A stretch of 64,000 nt of DNA from Candidatus Buchananbacteria bacterium (GCA_030650095.1 JAUSEE010000007.1:16812-80811); one strand, 5' to 3'. Shown: positions 53,504 through 62,503, numbered from the stretch's first letter. Numbers and translations are program-made. Notes: a model not told the origin generated them from the letters alone.

Positions 53504-53513
53504 CGAATAATTA

Positions 53514-53541
53514 TAAAAACCACCCTTGCGGTGGTTTTTAT
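53514..53541. terminator. Bidirectional rho-independent terminator after tRNA-Asp
   Basis: AAAAA CCACC cttgc GGTGG TTTTTAT. Confidence 0.8.
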
Positions 53542-53545
53542 AATT

Positions 53546-54010
53546 TTATTCAGACTTTATATCGACGGCGTTTTGTAAAGTTTTTTCAAACACGGCCGCC
53601 GCAGTAGCGATGACGACGGAAATAAAAGTAGCCAAAATACCTATGGTGATAAAGCCCGCCGGATCGTCATCTTTATTATGAAATATCCTGATGTATAGTG
53701 CTGCCATTACAATTGAGATACTCAGTATGATTGCGCAATATTTTATAATCCTTAAAGCTTTCACCGAGCTTAGTGAGAATACTTTGTTTTGCCCGATGTA
53801 TCTGAGTAATTTAAACGCTTGATACAGCGCAACAAAAAATGGGATAGACGCTATGTACATATACATTATGAACGGATCAGAGTAAATGCTAAACAGGTCT
53901 AAGTTTACGGCTCTCCCCTCAGTCAGAGGAAATTGAATCATGACAAAGAGCACCAAGATGCCGATGAGTACAATGACTGCCTGAAGAAATATTATTGAGC
54001 CTCGTTTCAT
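53546..54010 (-). CDS. Hypothetical 4-TM membrane protein
   Basis: ORF with hydrophobic helices. Confidence 0.4.
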   Translation of the reverse strand: MKRGSIIFLQAVIVLIGILVLFVMIQFPLTEGRAVNLDLFSIYSDPFIMYMYIASIPFFVALYQAFKLLRYIGQNKVFSLSSVKALRIIKYCAIILSISIVMAALYIRIFHNKDDDPAGFITIGILATFISVVIATAAAVFEKTLQNAVDIKSE

Positions 54011-54243
54011 AAATTGTGTTTATAAATCGTATTTGAAGTAATCACTAACGTTTTTTTATATTAGTTTTAGTAAACTAATATATATTGTTGGCAATTTATA
54101 TACACTTTACTATTTTTGATTATTTTTGTCCATTCCAGATGTCTTGCCCTTTTTTTAATCGTCCGTAAGTTCTGTATTTTACAAAAATCGCCCAAACAGC
54201 AATTTTTTGATACACTAACAATACCAAATAATCTATTAAACAG

Positions 54244-54789
54244 ATGAAAAAAATTACAAAAAGATCAATCTTGTGGGTTGTCATCGCAGCCTTTATATTC
54301 ATAGTATTTTTGTCGATGCTGTTCACTGATGAAGTGAGCTTAGGTGAGGCGGTTGCTTATGGTATCATACTTTTAGCCGCTGGCGGCTTCTGTGAATTGT
54401 GGCAATGGCTGAAAACGCGCACCAAGGTATACCGCATCGCTTTTGTCGTCGGGCTTGCAGGCGCACTCCTTCTCGGTTGGGCCAATGGCGCTGTCGGCAT
54501 TATTGGCAGCGAAAATAATCCTGCTAACTTGATGTACGGAGCGGTATTTGCTGTCGGACTCATCGGCTCTACTATGGCACGCTTCAAGCCGCGCGGAATG
54601 GCACACACATTGTATGCAGCAGCACTTGTTCAGATATTGATTCCAGCAGTCGCGCTCTTTATCTGGCCAGCCAAGGCCTCTTGGGGCGAGGCGGGAGTAA
54701 TTGGCGTGTTTATAGTAAATTCATTTTTCGCCCTACTGTTTGTCGTATCGGCTTTGCTGTTTAGACACGCGACGCACGAGCGCAACTGA
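54244..54789 (+). CDS. Hypothetical polytopic membrane protein (GC-richer than the core genes)
   Basis: ORF with about 6 TM helices. Confidence 0.4.
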   Translation: MKKITKRSILWVVIAAFIFIVFLSMLFTDEVSLGEAVAYGIILLAAGGFCELWQWLKTRTKVYRIAFVVGLAGALLLGWANGAVGIIGSENNPANLMYGAVFAVGLIGSTMARFKPRGMAHTLYAAALVQILIPAVALFIWPAKASWGEAGVIGVFIVNSFFALLFVVSALLFRHATHERN

Positions 54790-54828
54790 CTTAGAAGTAA
54801 AACAGAGATAGTTTAAAATTACTAGTAA

Positions 54829-54862
54829 GATCGCCTAAATGGCGATTTTTTTGTTATAATAA
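54829..54862 (+). promoter_or_regulatory. Hairpin terminator fused to an extended -10 promoter (TGtTATAAT), module copy A, upstream of purD
   Basis: GATCGCC taaat GGCGATT TTTTT-TGT-TATAAT. About 85 % identical over roughly 40 nt to copy B at 58669..58700. Confidence 0.55.
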
Positions 54863-54891
54863 AAAATATCAGTTTGATAAAATTTATTATA

Positions 54892-56148
54892 ATGAATATT
54901 TTAATAATCGGTTCAGGCGGGCGTGAGCATGCTCTCGCTTGGAAGCTGAAGCAATCTCCAAAAGTAAAAAAGATATTTATCGCTCCCGGCAACGCAGGCA
55001 CTTCTGCTTGCGGAGAAAATGTTTCTTTAGATACTCTTAATCATCAGACTGTCATTGATTTTTCAAAACAACATGAGATCGGTTTAATTGTCATCGGCCC
55101 TGATGATGTTTTGGCTTCGGGCCTGGTTAATGCTCTTCAAAATTCTGGTATAAAAGTTTTTGGCCCAACTAAAGAGGCGGCAGAAATTGAGTGGTCTAAA
55201 TCTTTTGCTAAAAATTTGATGAAACACCTGAACATTCCGACCGCAGATTCAGTCGAATTTACTGAAATAGAAATTGCCAAAAAGTATGCGAGAGAACATA
55301 TTTATCCCTTAGTGATTAAAGCGGGCGGGCTTGCTTTAGGCAAGGGTGTGATTATAGCGGACTTTTACGATCAAGCAGTTACCGCATTAGAGAATATAAT
55401 GACTAAAAAAGTTTTTGGCGCTGCCGGGGATACAGTTATAATCGAAGAATTTCTGCAGGGTGAGGAAATATCTGTGCACGCTTTTTGTGATGGAAATACT
55501 GCAGTGATGTTTCCGTCCGCCCAAGACCATAAAAGTATTTTTGATGGCGACAAGGGACCGAATACGGGCGGTATGGGCACGGTCGCTCCCGTTCCGACTG
55601 TTTCAGAAAGTATTTTACTTCGGATTGAATGTGAAGTGGTACTGCCTATTCTTCGGGAATTAAAAGACATGGGCCGGCCGTTTAAAGGTATTTTATTTCC
55701 TGGAATCATGCTGACTAAAGATGGACCGAAAGTGCTGGAATTCAATGCCCGTTTCGGTGATCCAGAAACACAATCTTATGTGAGAATTCTAAAAACTGAT
55801 CTTTTGGAAATCTTGTTAGCTTGCGTGGACGGAAAATTGGATGAATTGCAAATTGAATGGGAGAAGAACATGTCGTCTTGCTGCGTGGTTCTGGCATCAA
55901 AAGGATACCCCGGAGATTATCAAAAGGGACTGCCGATAACAGGTATTACAGAGGCAGAAAAAATGGAAGATATTGTTGTTTTTCACGCCGGAACAAAACT
56001 TTCAGACAATAGATTGATCACTAATGGCGGTAGAGTATTGGGCATCAGCGCTACTGGCAATATTCTATCAGAGGCAGTAGAAAAAACTTATAGAGCTGTT
56101 GAAATAGTCGATTTCGCTGGCAAGCAATATCGAAAAGATATCGCCTGA
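54892..56148 (+). CDS. purD: Phosphoribosylamine--glycine ligase PurD
   Basis: MNILIIGSGGREHALAWKL plus an ATP-grasp domain. The track ORF starts 18 nt upstream; the start at 54892 fits PurD N-termini. Confidence 0.85.
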   Translation: MNILIIGSGGREHALAWKLKQSPKVKKIFIAPGNAGTSACGENVSLDTLNHQTVIDFSKQHEIGLIVIGPDDVLASGLVNALQNSGIKVFGPTKEAAEIEWSKSFAKNLMKHLNIPTADSVEFTEIEIAKKYAREHIYPLVIKAGGLALGKGVIIADFYDQAVTALENIMTKKVFGAAGDTVIIEEFLQGEEISVHAFCDGNTAVMFPSAQDHKSIFDGDKGPNTGGMGTVAPVPTVSESILLRIECEVVLPILRELKDMGRPFKGILFPGIMLTKDGPKVLEFNARFGDPETQSYVRILKTDLLEILLACVDGKLDELQIEWEKNMSSCCVVLASKGYPGDYQKGLPITGITEAEKMEDIVVFHAGTKLSDNRLITNGGRVLGISATGNILSEAVEKTYRAVEIVDFAGKQYRKDIA

Positions 56149-56192
56149 CTAGAGAAACGAGAGGAAAATCTCGTCCACTTTCTCTCGCATTA

Positions 56193-56229
56193 AAGAACGA
56201 GCAGTTGCTTTTGCAACTGCTCGTTCTTT
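56193..56229. terminator. Bidirectional terminator: perfect 15-bp-stem hairpin between convergent purD and the metalloprotease gene
   Basis: AAAGAACGAGCAGTTGC ttt TGCAACTGCTCGTTCTTT. Confidence 0.85.
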
Positions 56230-56260
56230 GTTTACAAAGATTTGAACTAGTTCCAACCGG

Positions 56261-58516
56261 TTACTTGGTTACAGTAATCGTCTTAGTAGAGATATTGTTT
56301 GAAGCACTGCTATCTGTCGCCGTTACGGTTATGGCATGGGAGCCTGAAGAAATCTGGCTTACAGCAACTTTATCGGAGCAGGATGCAGTTATACAAGTTT
56401 TCAAGATTTTTTCATCTAACTTTATAATCATTGAAGCCACACCGCTACTATCAGTCGCTGAAGCGGAAACAGTCAAAGTGCCTTTTGTGGGAATATTAGA
56501 TCCGTCGGCTGGATCAGAAATAGTGATAGCTGGGCCTGTGGCATCCGGTGCTATTAAATTGATTTGGGCTGAAGCACTGCCGAAATAGACACTAGAGGAA
56601 TTGTCAACGACTTGTTCAGTGATCGTATATGTACCGGCTTCATTTGAAGCGGTAACAGTGAAAGCTTTGGTCACGCTGGAACCGGGAACCATAAAAGAAA
56701 AATCAAAAGCCCCGATTTGTGTGAAGCCACTGGGCAGAAGAGGTGTAACCGTATAATCAACAGGTGGGCAGGTATTACTATCGTTATTTTTAACCGTCAG
56801 ATTGAAAGATTGGGTTTTGTTTGTTTCAATAGTCGCAGAAGTCGGACTCAATGTGACTGTCGGATTAGCTTTGATGCAGGCAACTTGCGCCATATTGGCA
56901 GTAAATTCAACATAAGGATTAATGGGATCGGTGCTGGTAGCTGTTTGAGTAATTTGCAAGGGCATAGCCGGATCATCGAAAGACGTGCCATTGCTTAATG
57001 TTTTAATATAGCGGGTTACAACACTACCACCAGTGTAACGATGTATATTGACACCAGTTAAATTACTGGGGGCTTTGGTGGTCAATAGAGAATCATAACC
57101 AACGGCGGTGCGGTAAGACAAATAATAATATTCTGAAGTACCAGGTATAGCGATTTTTATAACTTGCGGGTATATGGCAACACCAGGATCCTGTTCGGTG
57201 GGTGAGAGCCGAAATGTGCCGCTGGCAGTTATGGTTTGGACTTTTCCTGGAAAAAGATTAAACCAAGTCATTTGATTCTTGTGTGCTCCGTTATATTGCC
57301 TTAATCCTACAGAGCCATTCCCCATTAGGTCAGAGCTGTCCCCATACTCTTTATCCACCACTCCGTCATTGTTTGTATCAGTGCCGGCATGGCGCATCCC
57401 CAGATTGTGGCCTAATTCGTGACCGATAATGCCTGCGGAAGCCGACGCGATCCACGCCTTACAGGTTGTAGCGCAGCCAACATTGGCGATTCCGCCCCAA
57501 CCGCAGGAATTGCCAGGCAGGATAAAGACCAGATGCTGGTACAGGCCAGTATTGACGCCGGAGGCGACTGCCAGATTGATGGCTTGATCGCCCCAGGTGT
57601 TATAGGCGCAAGAGTCGGTTGAAGAAGCGGCGATTTTAAACGGCCCGACAACATCCACTGAGCCATTGCCATCAGTATCGCGTTTGAAACCGAGTTGACC
57701 GAAAGACATTTCCCGATACAGGCCATCGACTGAATTAGTAGAGCCGTAAACAGCGGTATCAATCTTGTCGGCTGTCATTGATGTGTTCTTGTCTTGGAAA
57801 TTAACTAAAATAAATAAGGCTTTGCGTTCAATTGCGGTTATGGCGTTGGTCGTAACTGCTGAGCTGGCAATATTTTCCACCAGCAATTCTTCCGGCCCCA
57901 AAACATAACCGTCCAAAGAAGCGCTATCTGCGGATGACAGCCTCTCTGCTTGCTTCTTGGGAACATGCAACTCAAATCTTTTGCCGCTGATTTTATCCTT
58001 CAAGAAATATTTAACTTCTGATTTGTTTTTTTGGAAATCGTCTAGCTGGATGACATCCAACTGCCCGGAAATAGCAATCGGACTTTCAATCAGGCTTTGA
58101 ACATCGACTGGCAACTTTTTTTTAAGTTCAGCCGGAATAATAAATGACAGAGCAGTATCTGGGTCGGTTTGAGCGGCTTTCAACAGCTGGCTTTTGCGAA
58201 GCAAAGCTTGACTTAAGACTTTATTGAGCGATTCGGATTTGGTAGACTGGGCTCTTTGATAATCTATATTAGCATTGAGCAAGTCCGCATTGCCCTTCGC
58301 CAGAGCCATTGACAAGACTTCGCTTTCAGCCTGATTTGACGACTGCTTTCTGACAGTTAAGGCTTGGTTTAATGAAGAACTTGGCAGTGAGAATGCAGCC
58401 AAGTACATTAGGCTGGAAAAGGCCGAAGCAACTAGAATTATGACAATAAAAGCCGTGGCCGAGCTGATCTTAACTTTAGTTTTAGTCAGGATAGATCGAG
58501 TGTTTTTCTCTTTCAT
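56261..58516 (-). CDS. Membrane-anchored/secreted metzincin zinc metalloprotease (reprolysin-like HExxHxxGxxH) with C-terminal Ig-like/beta-sandwich domains
   Basis: N-terminal TM helix. Zinc motif IIGHELGHNLGMRHAG. Thr/Ser-rich repeated beta-domains at the C-terminus. GC-richer than the core genes. Confidence 0.7.
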   Translation of the reverse strand: MKEKNTRSILTKTKVKISSATAFIVIILVASAFSSLMYLAAFSLPSSSLNQALTVRKQSSNQAESEVLSMALAKGNADLLNANIDYQRAQSTKSESLNKVLSQALLRKSQLLKAAQTDPDTALSFIIPAELKKKLPVDVQSLIESPIAISGQLDVIQLDDFQKNKSEVKYFLKDKISGKRFELHVPKKQAERLSSADSASLDGYVLGPEELLVENIASSAVTTNAITAIERKALFILVNFQDKNTSMTADKIDTAVYGSTNSVDGLYREMSFGQLGFKRDTDGNGSVDVVGPFKIAASSTDSCAYNTWGDQAINLAVASGVNTGLYQHLVFILPGNSCGWGGIANVGCATTCKAWIASASAGIIGHELGHNLGMRHAGTDTNNDGVVDKEYGDSSDLMGNGSVGLRQYNGAHKNQMTWFNLFPGKVQTITASGTFRLSPTEQDPGVAIYPQVIKIAIPGTSEYYYLSYRTAVGYDSLLTTKAPSNLTGVNIHRYTGGSVVTRYIKTLSNGTSFDDPAMPLQITQTATSTDPINPYVEFTANMAQVACIKANPTVTLSPTSATIETNKTQSFNLTVKNNDSNTCPPVDYTVTPLLPSGFTQIGAFDFSFMVPGSSVTKAFTVTASNEAGTYTITEQVVDNSSSVYFGSASAQINLIAPDATGPAITISDPADGSNIPTKGTLTVSASATDSSGVASMIIKLDEKILKTCITASCSDKVAVSQISSGSHAITVTATDSSASNNISTKTITVTK

Positions 58517-58668
58517 AAATTTAAAGATAATTGTAAATGATTATGGAGATTTTTTATATAAATAAAGATATTATGATATTAATTATACCTCTGTTCAACT
58601 GAAAAGCAAAGAATCTATGGCCACCATCTAGCCGTTTCATCTTTCAATTGCCTCTAGCTAATTAAAAA

Positions 58669-58700
58669 GATCGCCTAAACGGCGATTTTTTGGTAAAATA
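58669..58700 (+). promoter_or_regulatory. Hairpin plus extended -10 (TGgTAAAAT), module copy B, upstream of the EamA gene
   Basis: GATCGCC taaac GGCGATT TTTT-TGG-TAAAAT, 25 nt upstream of the ATG at 58725. Confidence 0.55.
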
Positions 58701-58724
58701 AAAACATTAAATAATACTTACATT

Positions 58725-59633
58725 ATGTCTTGGTTTTGGCTGGCTCTAGCCGCCCCAATTTTATGGGGTGCGGTCAATCATATTGATAAATACATTATCA
58801 GTAAATATTTTACCGGCAAGGGAGTCGGTTCGTTGGTGATTTTTACCGGCTTATCCGGTTTTATTATTTCTTTCTTGATTTTAGTTTTTAATTTCTCCAG
58901 TATTTTCCTTTCTCCTGTGACAGCCTTAGTCATTGCCATAAATGGAGCGATTTTAGTAGCCGCCTTTATTCCGTATTTGTATGCGCTAGAAAAAGAAGAG
59001 GCCTCTTGGGTTAGTCCGCTTTATCAATTGATTCCTGTTTTTGGATATTTTTTAGGAATGATATTCTTGAAAGAATACCTATCACTAAACCAAATCATCG
59101 GTTCCATTCTAATCATAGTTGGCGCCTTTGCCCTATCATTAAATATAACCTCTAAATTGCAGTTTAAGATAAGGCCATTTTTACTGATGGTTTTATCATC
59201 ATTTATGATTGCGGTTAACGCTTTGATATTCAAAATAATTGCTCTGCAGGAAAATTTTTGGGGCACTGCCTTTTGGGAGTATCTGGGAGGATTTATTTTT
59301 GCGATATTTCTTTTTACTTCTGTTTCTCTTTACCACAAGCAGTTTCTGGCGACAATTGAAAAGAGTCAAGGACTGGTTTTGAGTTTGAATATTTTTTCTG
59401 AATTAATGAATATAGTTGCTAAACTATTGGCTGGTTTTGCCAGCTTGCTTGCTCCCTTGGCCTTAGTTTGGGTGGTAAACGGATTCCAGCCGGTGATCGT
59501 GCTAATTTATGGCATTATCCTGACTTTGTTTATTCCTAAGTGGGGCAAGGAAAATTTAGATAGAAAATTTCTAACACAGAAGATTGTTGCCATTTTGATC
59601 ACTTTTTTAGGCGCGTATATATTGTTTAGCTGA
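58725..59633 (+). CDS. EamA/DMT-family transporter (10 TM)
   Basis: Duplicated 5-TM EamA-like halves. Confidence 0.65.
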   Translation: MSWFWLALAAPILWGAVNHIDKYIISKYFTGKGVGSLVIFTGLSGFIISFLILVFNFSSIFLSPVTALVIAINGAILVAAFIPYLYALEKEEASWVSPLYQLIPVFGYFLGMIFLKEYLSLNQIIGSILIIVGAFALSLNITSKLQFKIRPFLLMVLSSFMIAVNALIFKIIALQENFWGTAFWEYLGGFIFAIFLFTSVSLYHKQFLATIEKSQGLVLSLNIFSELMNIVAKLLAGFASLLAPLALVWVVNGFQPVIVLIYGIILTLFIPKWGKENLDRKFLTQKIVAILITFLGAYILFS

Positions 59634-59752
59634 TAAGCTAAATATATTTATTCGTCTCTGCAAAATTAGATAAAAAAAGAAACTCCTATCAAAGGCGGAC
59701 AAGCCCTGGGCAGGAGTTTTATTGATTATTTTAATCAAGCGTTTCAGAACAA

Positions 59753-60319
59753 TTATACTTCAACCCAAGCATAAGGAGAAAGTATCCAGGCCTCTTTCAA
59801 ATCATCCGTTTTTTCCAGCTCACGTAGGCCGCCGGTGAAATACCTGGGCCGTTTGGCTGGATCATCGCCAAGCGATAATACAGCAGAGCCCACAGTAATT
59901 AACATGGTTTTTTCTTGGACATTGAATGTTTCTATTCTTTTACCTATAACCATTTCAGAAAAATGATCCCATTCTTTTTTATAATGGTTTGAATAAAGCG
60001 GGATTTGAACATTGTATTGATCGGGATTAGCCGCCAACCACATGTCATTGACCAATATCCAATTTGTCGCTCCCCAGATTCTCAAGATCAGCCATTCTTC
60101 GCGATATCTGAAGGTTTTTCTAAGCCTAAAGCCGAGAAATCCAGGCCCGCCTTGGCCGTAGGTGCCACAATAACCAGACCATTCAATTATTTCACGGCCG
60201 ATCACTCTCTTGGCCACAGCCGGGAATATGTCCTTTTTCTGCTTCTTGGTTGGCAGTATGGGAACTAATTTTGATTCAATTCTTTCTGCTTGGGGGCAGC
60301 TGATATCAAACAATGGCAT
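59753..60319 (-). CDS. Hypothetical protein
   Basis: ORF only; no motif recognised. Confidence 0.35.
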   Translation of the reverse strand: MPLFDISCPQAERIESKLVPILPTKKQKKDIFPAVAKRVIGREIIEWSGYCGTYGQGGPGFLGFRLRKTFRYREEWLILRIWGATNWILVNDMWLAANPDQYNVQIPLYSNHYKKEWDHFSEMVIGKRIETFNVQEKTMLITVGSAVLSLGDDPAKRPRYFTGGLRELEKTDDLKEAWILSPYAWVEV

Positions 60320-60538
60320 TTCTTTCTCCTTTTCTGTTCTGTTTTTACAATGAACAACACTGAAACACTACAATATATAAATAATTTTGTCAATCTTCAA
60401 TTGGCTTAAAAAATCATTACTTAAAATCATCCACTCCAAAATTGCTAATAAAATAATTTTTTTGTATTATTACAACATATGGAAAAATTCAAAAAAATTG
60501 AACAGCCGGATGCTACCAATGAGATTGATAAACTATAA

Positions 60539-60781
60539 GTGTCAGAGTCACCCCATGGCATGCCTTGCATTCAAATAGAAAACCCAAGCCAGCCTTGGCG
60601 TAGCATCATCCGTCAAGCCATAACGGTAAACGATATGAATGATCCGGCTTACGGCCTGCGCAGTGAAGCCGGGGCATTTTTACAAAGCGATAGTGATGAC
60701 TACCTCCTAGTTGAATTTTGGAAGCCAGATTACCAGCCGTTTGTTGATTATCTTAATGAACGGATTAGTTTAAAAAAATAA
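60539..60781 (+). CDS. Hypothetical small acidic protein
   Basis: ORF only. Confidence 0.3.
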   Translation: MSESPHGMPCIQIENPSQPWRSIIRQAITVNDMNDPAYGLRSEAGAFLQSDSDDYLLVEFWKPDYQPFVDYLNERISLKK

Positions 60782-60793
60782 TAGCCAAATTAA

Positions 60794-60822
60794 AAAACTC
60801 CCAAAGATAGGGAGTTTATAAT
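60794..60822. terminator. Bidirectional rho-independent terminator
   Basis: AAAAAACTCCC aaagata GGGAGTTTATAATTT. It is near-identical to the hairpin at 62236..62262. Confidence 0.75.
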
Positions 60823-60840
60823 TTACGATAAGGATCTAAT

Positions 60841-61032
60841 TTACAAAAACAAACGAACTCTTTTGCCCAGTGGTTGGCGGTCGGCCACTACCAGATTTTC
60901 CACTGTGGTTTCAAATATATCAGGCAGCGGCTCTGGGTCATCAGGCCAGGTGCTGCCGGTGCAAGTAACCTCAATGTCTCCCTCTTGCTCTTGAACTTGC
61001 AACAATTTTTCCACCAAAGCGCTGATTTTCAT
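60841..61032 (-). CDS. Hypothetical small protein
   Basis: ORF only. Confidence 0.25.
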   Translation of the reverse strand: MKISALVEKLLQVQEQEGDIEVTCTGSTWPDDPEPLPDIFETTVENLVVADRQPLGKRVRLFL

Positions 61033-61177
61033 AAATCTCTCCTTTTGTTTTCAACCATTCCCAATGTACAACTCACCATATTATTATACACTATAATATG
61101 ATTTTTGTCAAGCTATTCTAAAGCTTAAATAACTAGTGTGCTATAATACTATTACATTTAATATTTACCAAAAAAAT

Positions 61178-61933
61178 ATGATTCTAAAAAATAAAGTGGC
61201 CATAGTCACTGGCGCCAAGCAAGGCATCGGCTACGGCATTGCTTTGGCTTTGGCCAAGGAAGGCTGCCAGGTGGTTGTAAGCGATTTAAGCCAAACCGAT
61301 TGCGAAAAAGCGGCGGCTAAAATAAAGAAGGCGGGAGTAAAAACACTGGCCGTAAAATGTGATGTCTCCAAAAAGAAAGAAGTTGATAACTTGATAACCA
61401 AAACAATAAAAGAATTCAAGCGCTTGGACATTTTGGTCAACAATGCCGGCATTTTTCCTTTTGTTTCTTTTGATAAAATGACAGAAGCCGATTGGGATAA
61501 AGTGATAGATACTAATTTAAAAAGCGTGTTCTTGTGTTGCCAGTCAGCCGTAAAAGCCATGAAAGCCGGCGGTAGAATTATCAATATTTCTTCCATTGCT
61601 TCTTTTGTCGGCTTTGAAGGCTTGGTTCACTACTGCGCTTCCAAGGGAGGCATAAATGCCCTAGTGCGAGCCTTGGCCTTGGAACTGGCTTCCAGAAAAA
61701 TAAATGTCAACGCCGTAGCACCAGGGGCTATCAACACTCCCGGCGCCAAACAGCCTGATCAGCCGAAAACTAAATCCGAAGAACTGGTAAAACAAACCAT
61801 AACTATGATCCCCTTGGGCCGAATGGGCGAGCCTAAAGATATCGCCAATGCTGTTGTCTTTTTAGCTTCCAATATGGCTGATTACATCACCGGGCAAACG
61901 ATAATCGTGGACGGCGGTTGGACTCTAAGGTAA
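61178..61933 (+). CDS. SDR-family oxidoreductase (FabG-like 3-oxoacyl-ACP reductase)
   Basis: Cofactor motif VAIVTGAKQGIGYGIA, NNAG, and the catalytic YCASKGG (YxxxK). The start at MILKNKVAIVTG is preferred over the track's upstream Met. Confidence 0.85.
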   Translation: MILKNKVAIVTGAKQGIGYGIALALAKEGCQVVVSDLSQTDCEKAAAKIKKAGVKTLAVKCDVSKKKEVDNLITKTIKEFKRLDILVNNAGIFPFVSFDKMTEADWDKVIDTNLKSVFLCCQSAVKAMKAGGRIINISSIASFVGFEGLVHYCASKGGINALVRALALELASRKINVNAVAPGAINTPGAKQPDQPKTKSEELVKQTITMIPLGRMGEPKDIANAVVFLASNMADYITGQTIIVDGGWTLR

Positions 61934-62016
61934 TAAACTACTGTGCCCTTACAGACATAATATTTTATAATTCAAGCTTCGCTTGTCTATTGTCCTCTTG
62001 ATTTATATTTTGTTTC

Positions 62017-62077
62017 TGTCATCCCGACTGAAGCGAAAGCGAAATGGAGGGATCCCTCGACTGCGCTCGGGATGACA
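62017..62077. repeat. Palindromic element TGTCATCCCGA...TCGGGATGACA sharing a ~25-nt motif with 50725..50763
   Basis: 11-bp terminal inverted repeat enclosing agcgaaagcgaa and a GAGGGATCCCTC palindrome. 50725..50763 reads TGTCATTCCGAGCGAAAGCGAAG... Confidence 0.5.
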
Positions 62078-62235
62078 ATAAGAGAAATAATAATAACTTG
62101 TTTAAGAAAATATAAGATTGCTTCTCCGCCCTGGGCGGATCGCAATGACAAATAAAGGAAAATGGAATAAAAATACTTCATCTATGAGTTAATGCTTTAT
62201 AATATTTCGTGAGAGAAATAAATTTTTGTAAAAAA

Positions 62236-62262
62236 ATAAACTCCCAAGATTGGGAGTTTTTT
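62236..62262. terminator. Rho-independent terminator (for the minus-strand 76-aa ORF)
   Basis: AAATAAACTCCC aagatt GGGAGTTTTTTGA. Confidence 0.75.
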
Positions 62263-62272
62263 GATAAAAATA

Positions 62273-62503
62273 TTATTGATAGAAAATAGTAATCAAGATG
62301 TTCATCCGATTAACGCCGGATGGTGGATTTACCGTAGTCATATTAGTCTGGCAATCCATTATCACCAGTTCCGGCAGTTCTTCGATTAATCGCTTTTTTG
62401 ATTCTTCTTGCAACCAGTTATTTATTTGTTCTTCTAAATCCGCAATGGAATCATAACCTCCGACATTGATAAGCGAGAAAATTTTTACCTGCTCAATATC
62501 CAT
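62273..62503 (-). CDS. Hypothetical small protein
   Basis: ORF only. Confidence 0.3.
   Translation of the reverse strand: MDIEQVKIFSLINVGGYDSIADLEEQINNWLQEESKKRLIEELPELVIMDCQTNMTTVNPPSGVNRMNILITIFYQ

Noticed and set aside
61987-62181. 64-aa minus-strand ORF
   Set aside because: It overlaps the palindromic 61-nt element and an AT-rich terminator region, and has neither a ribosome-binding site nor a motif.
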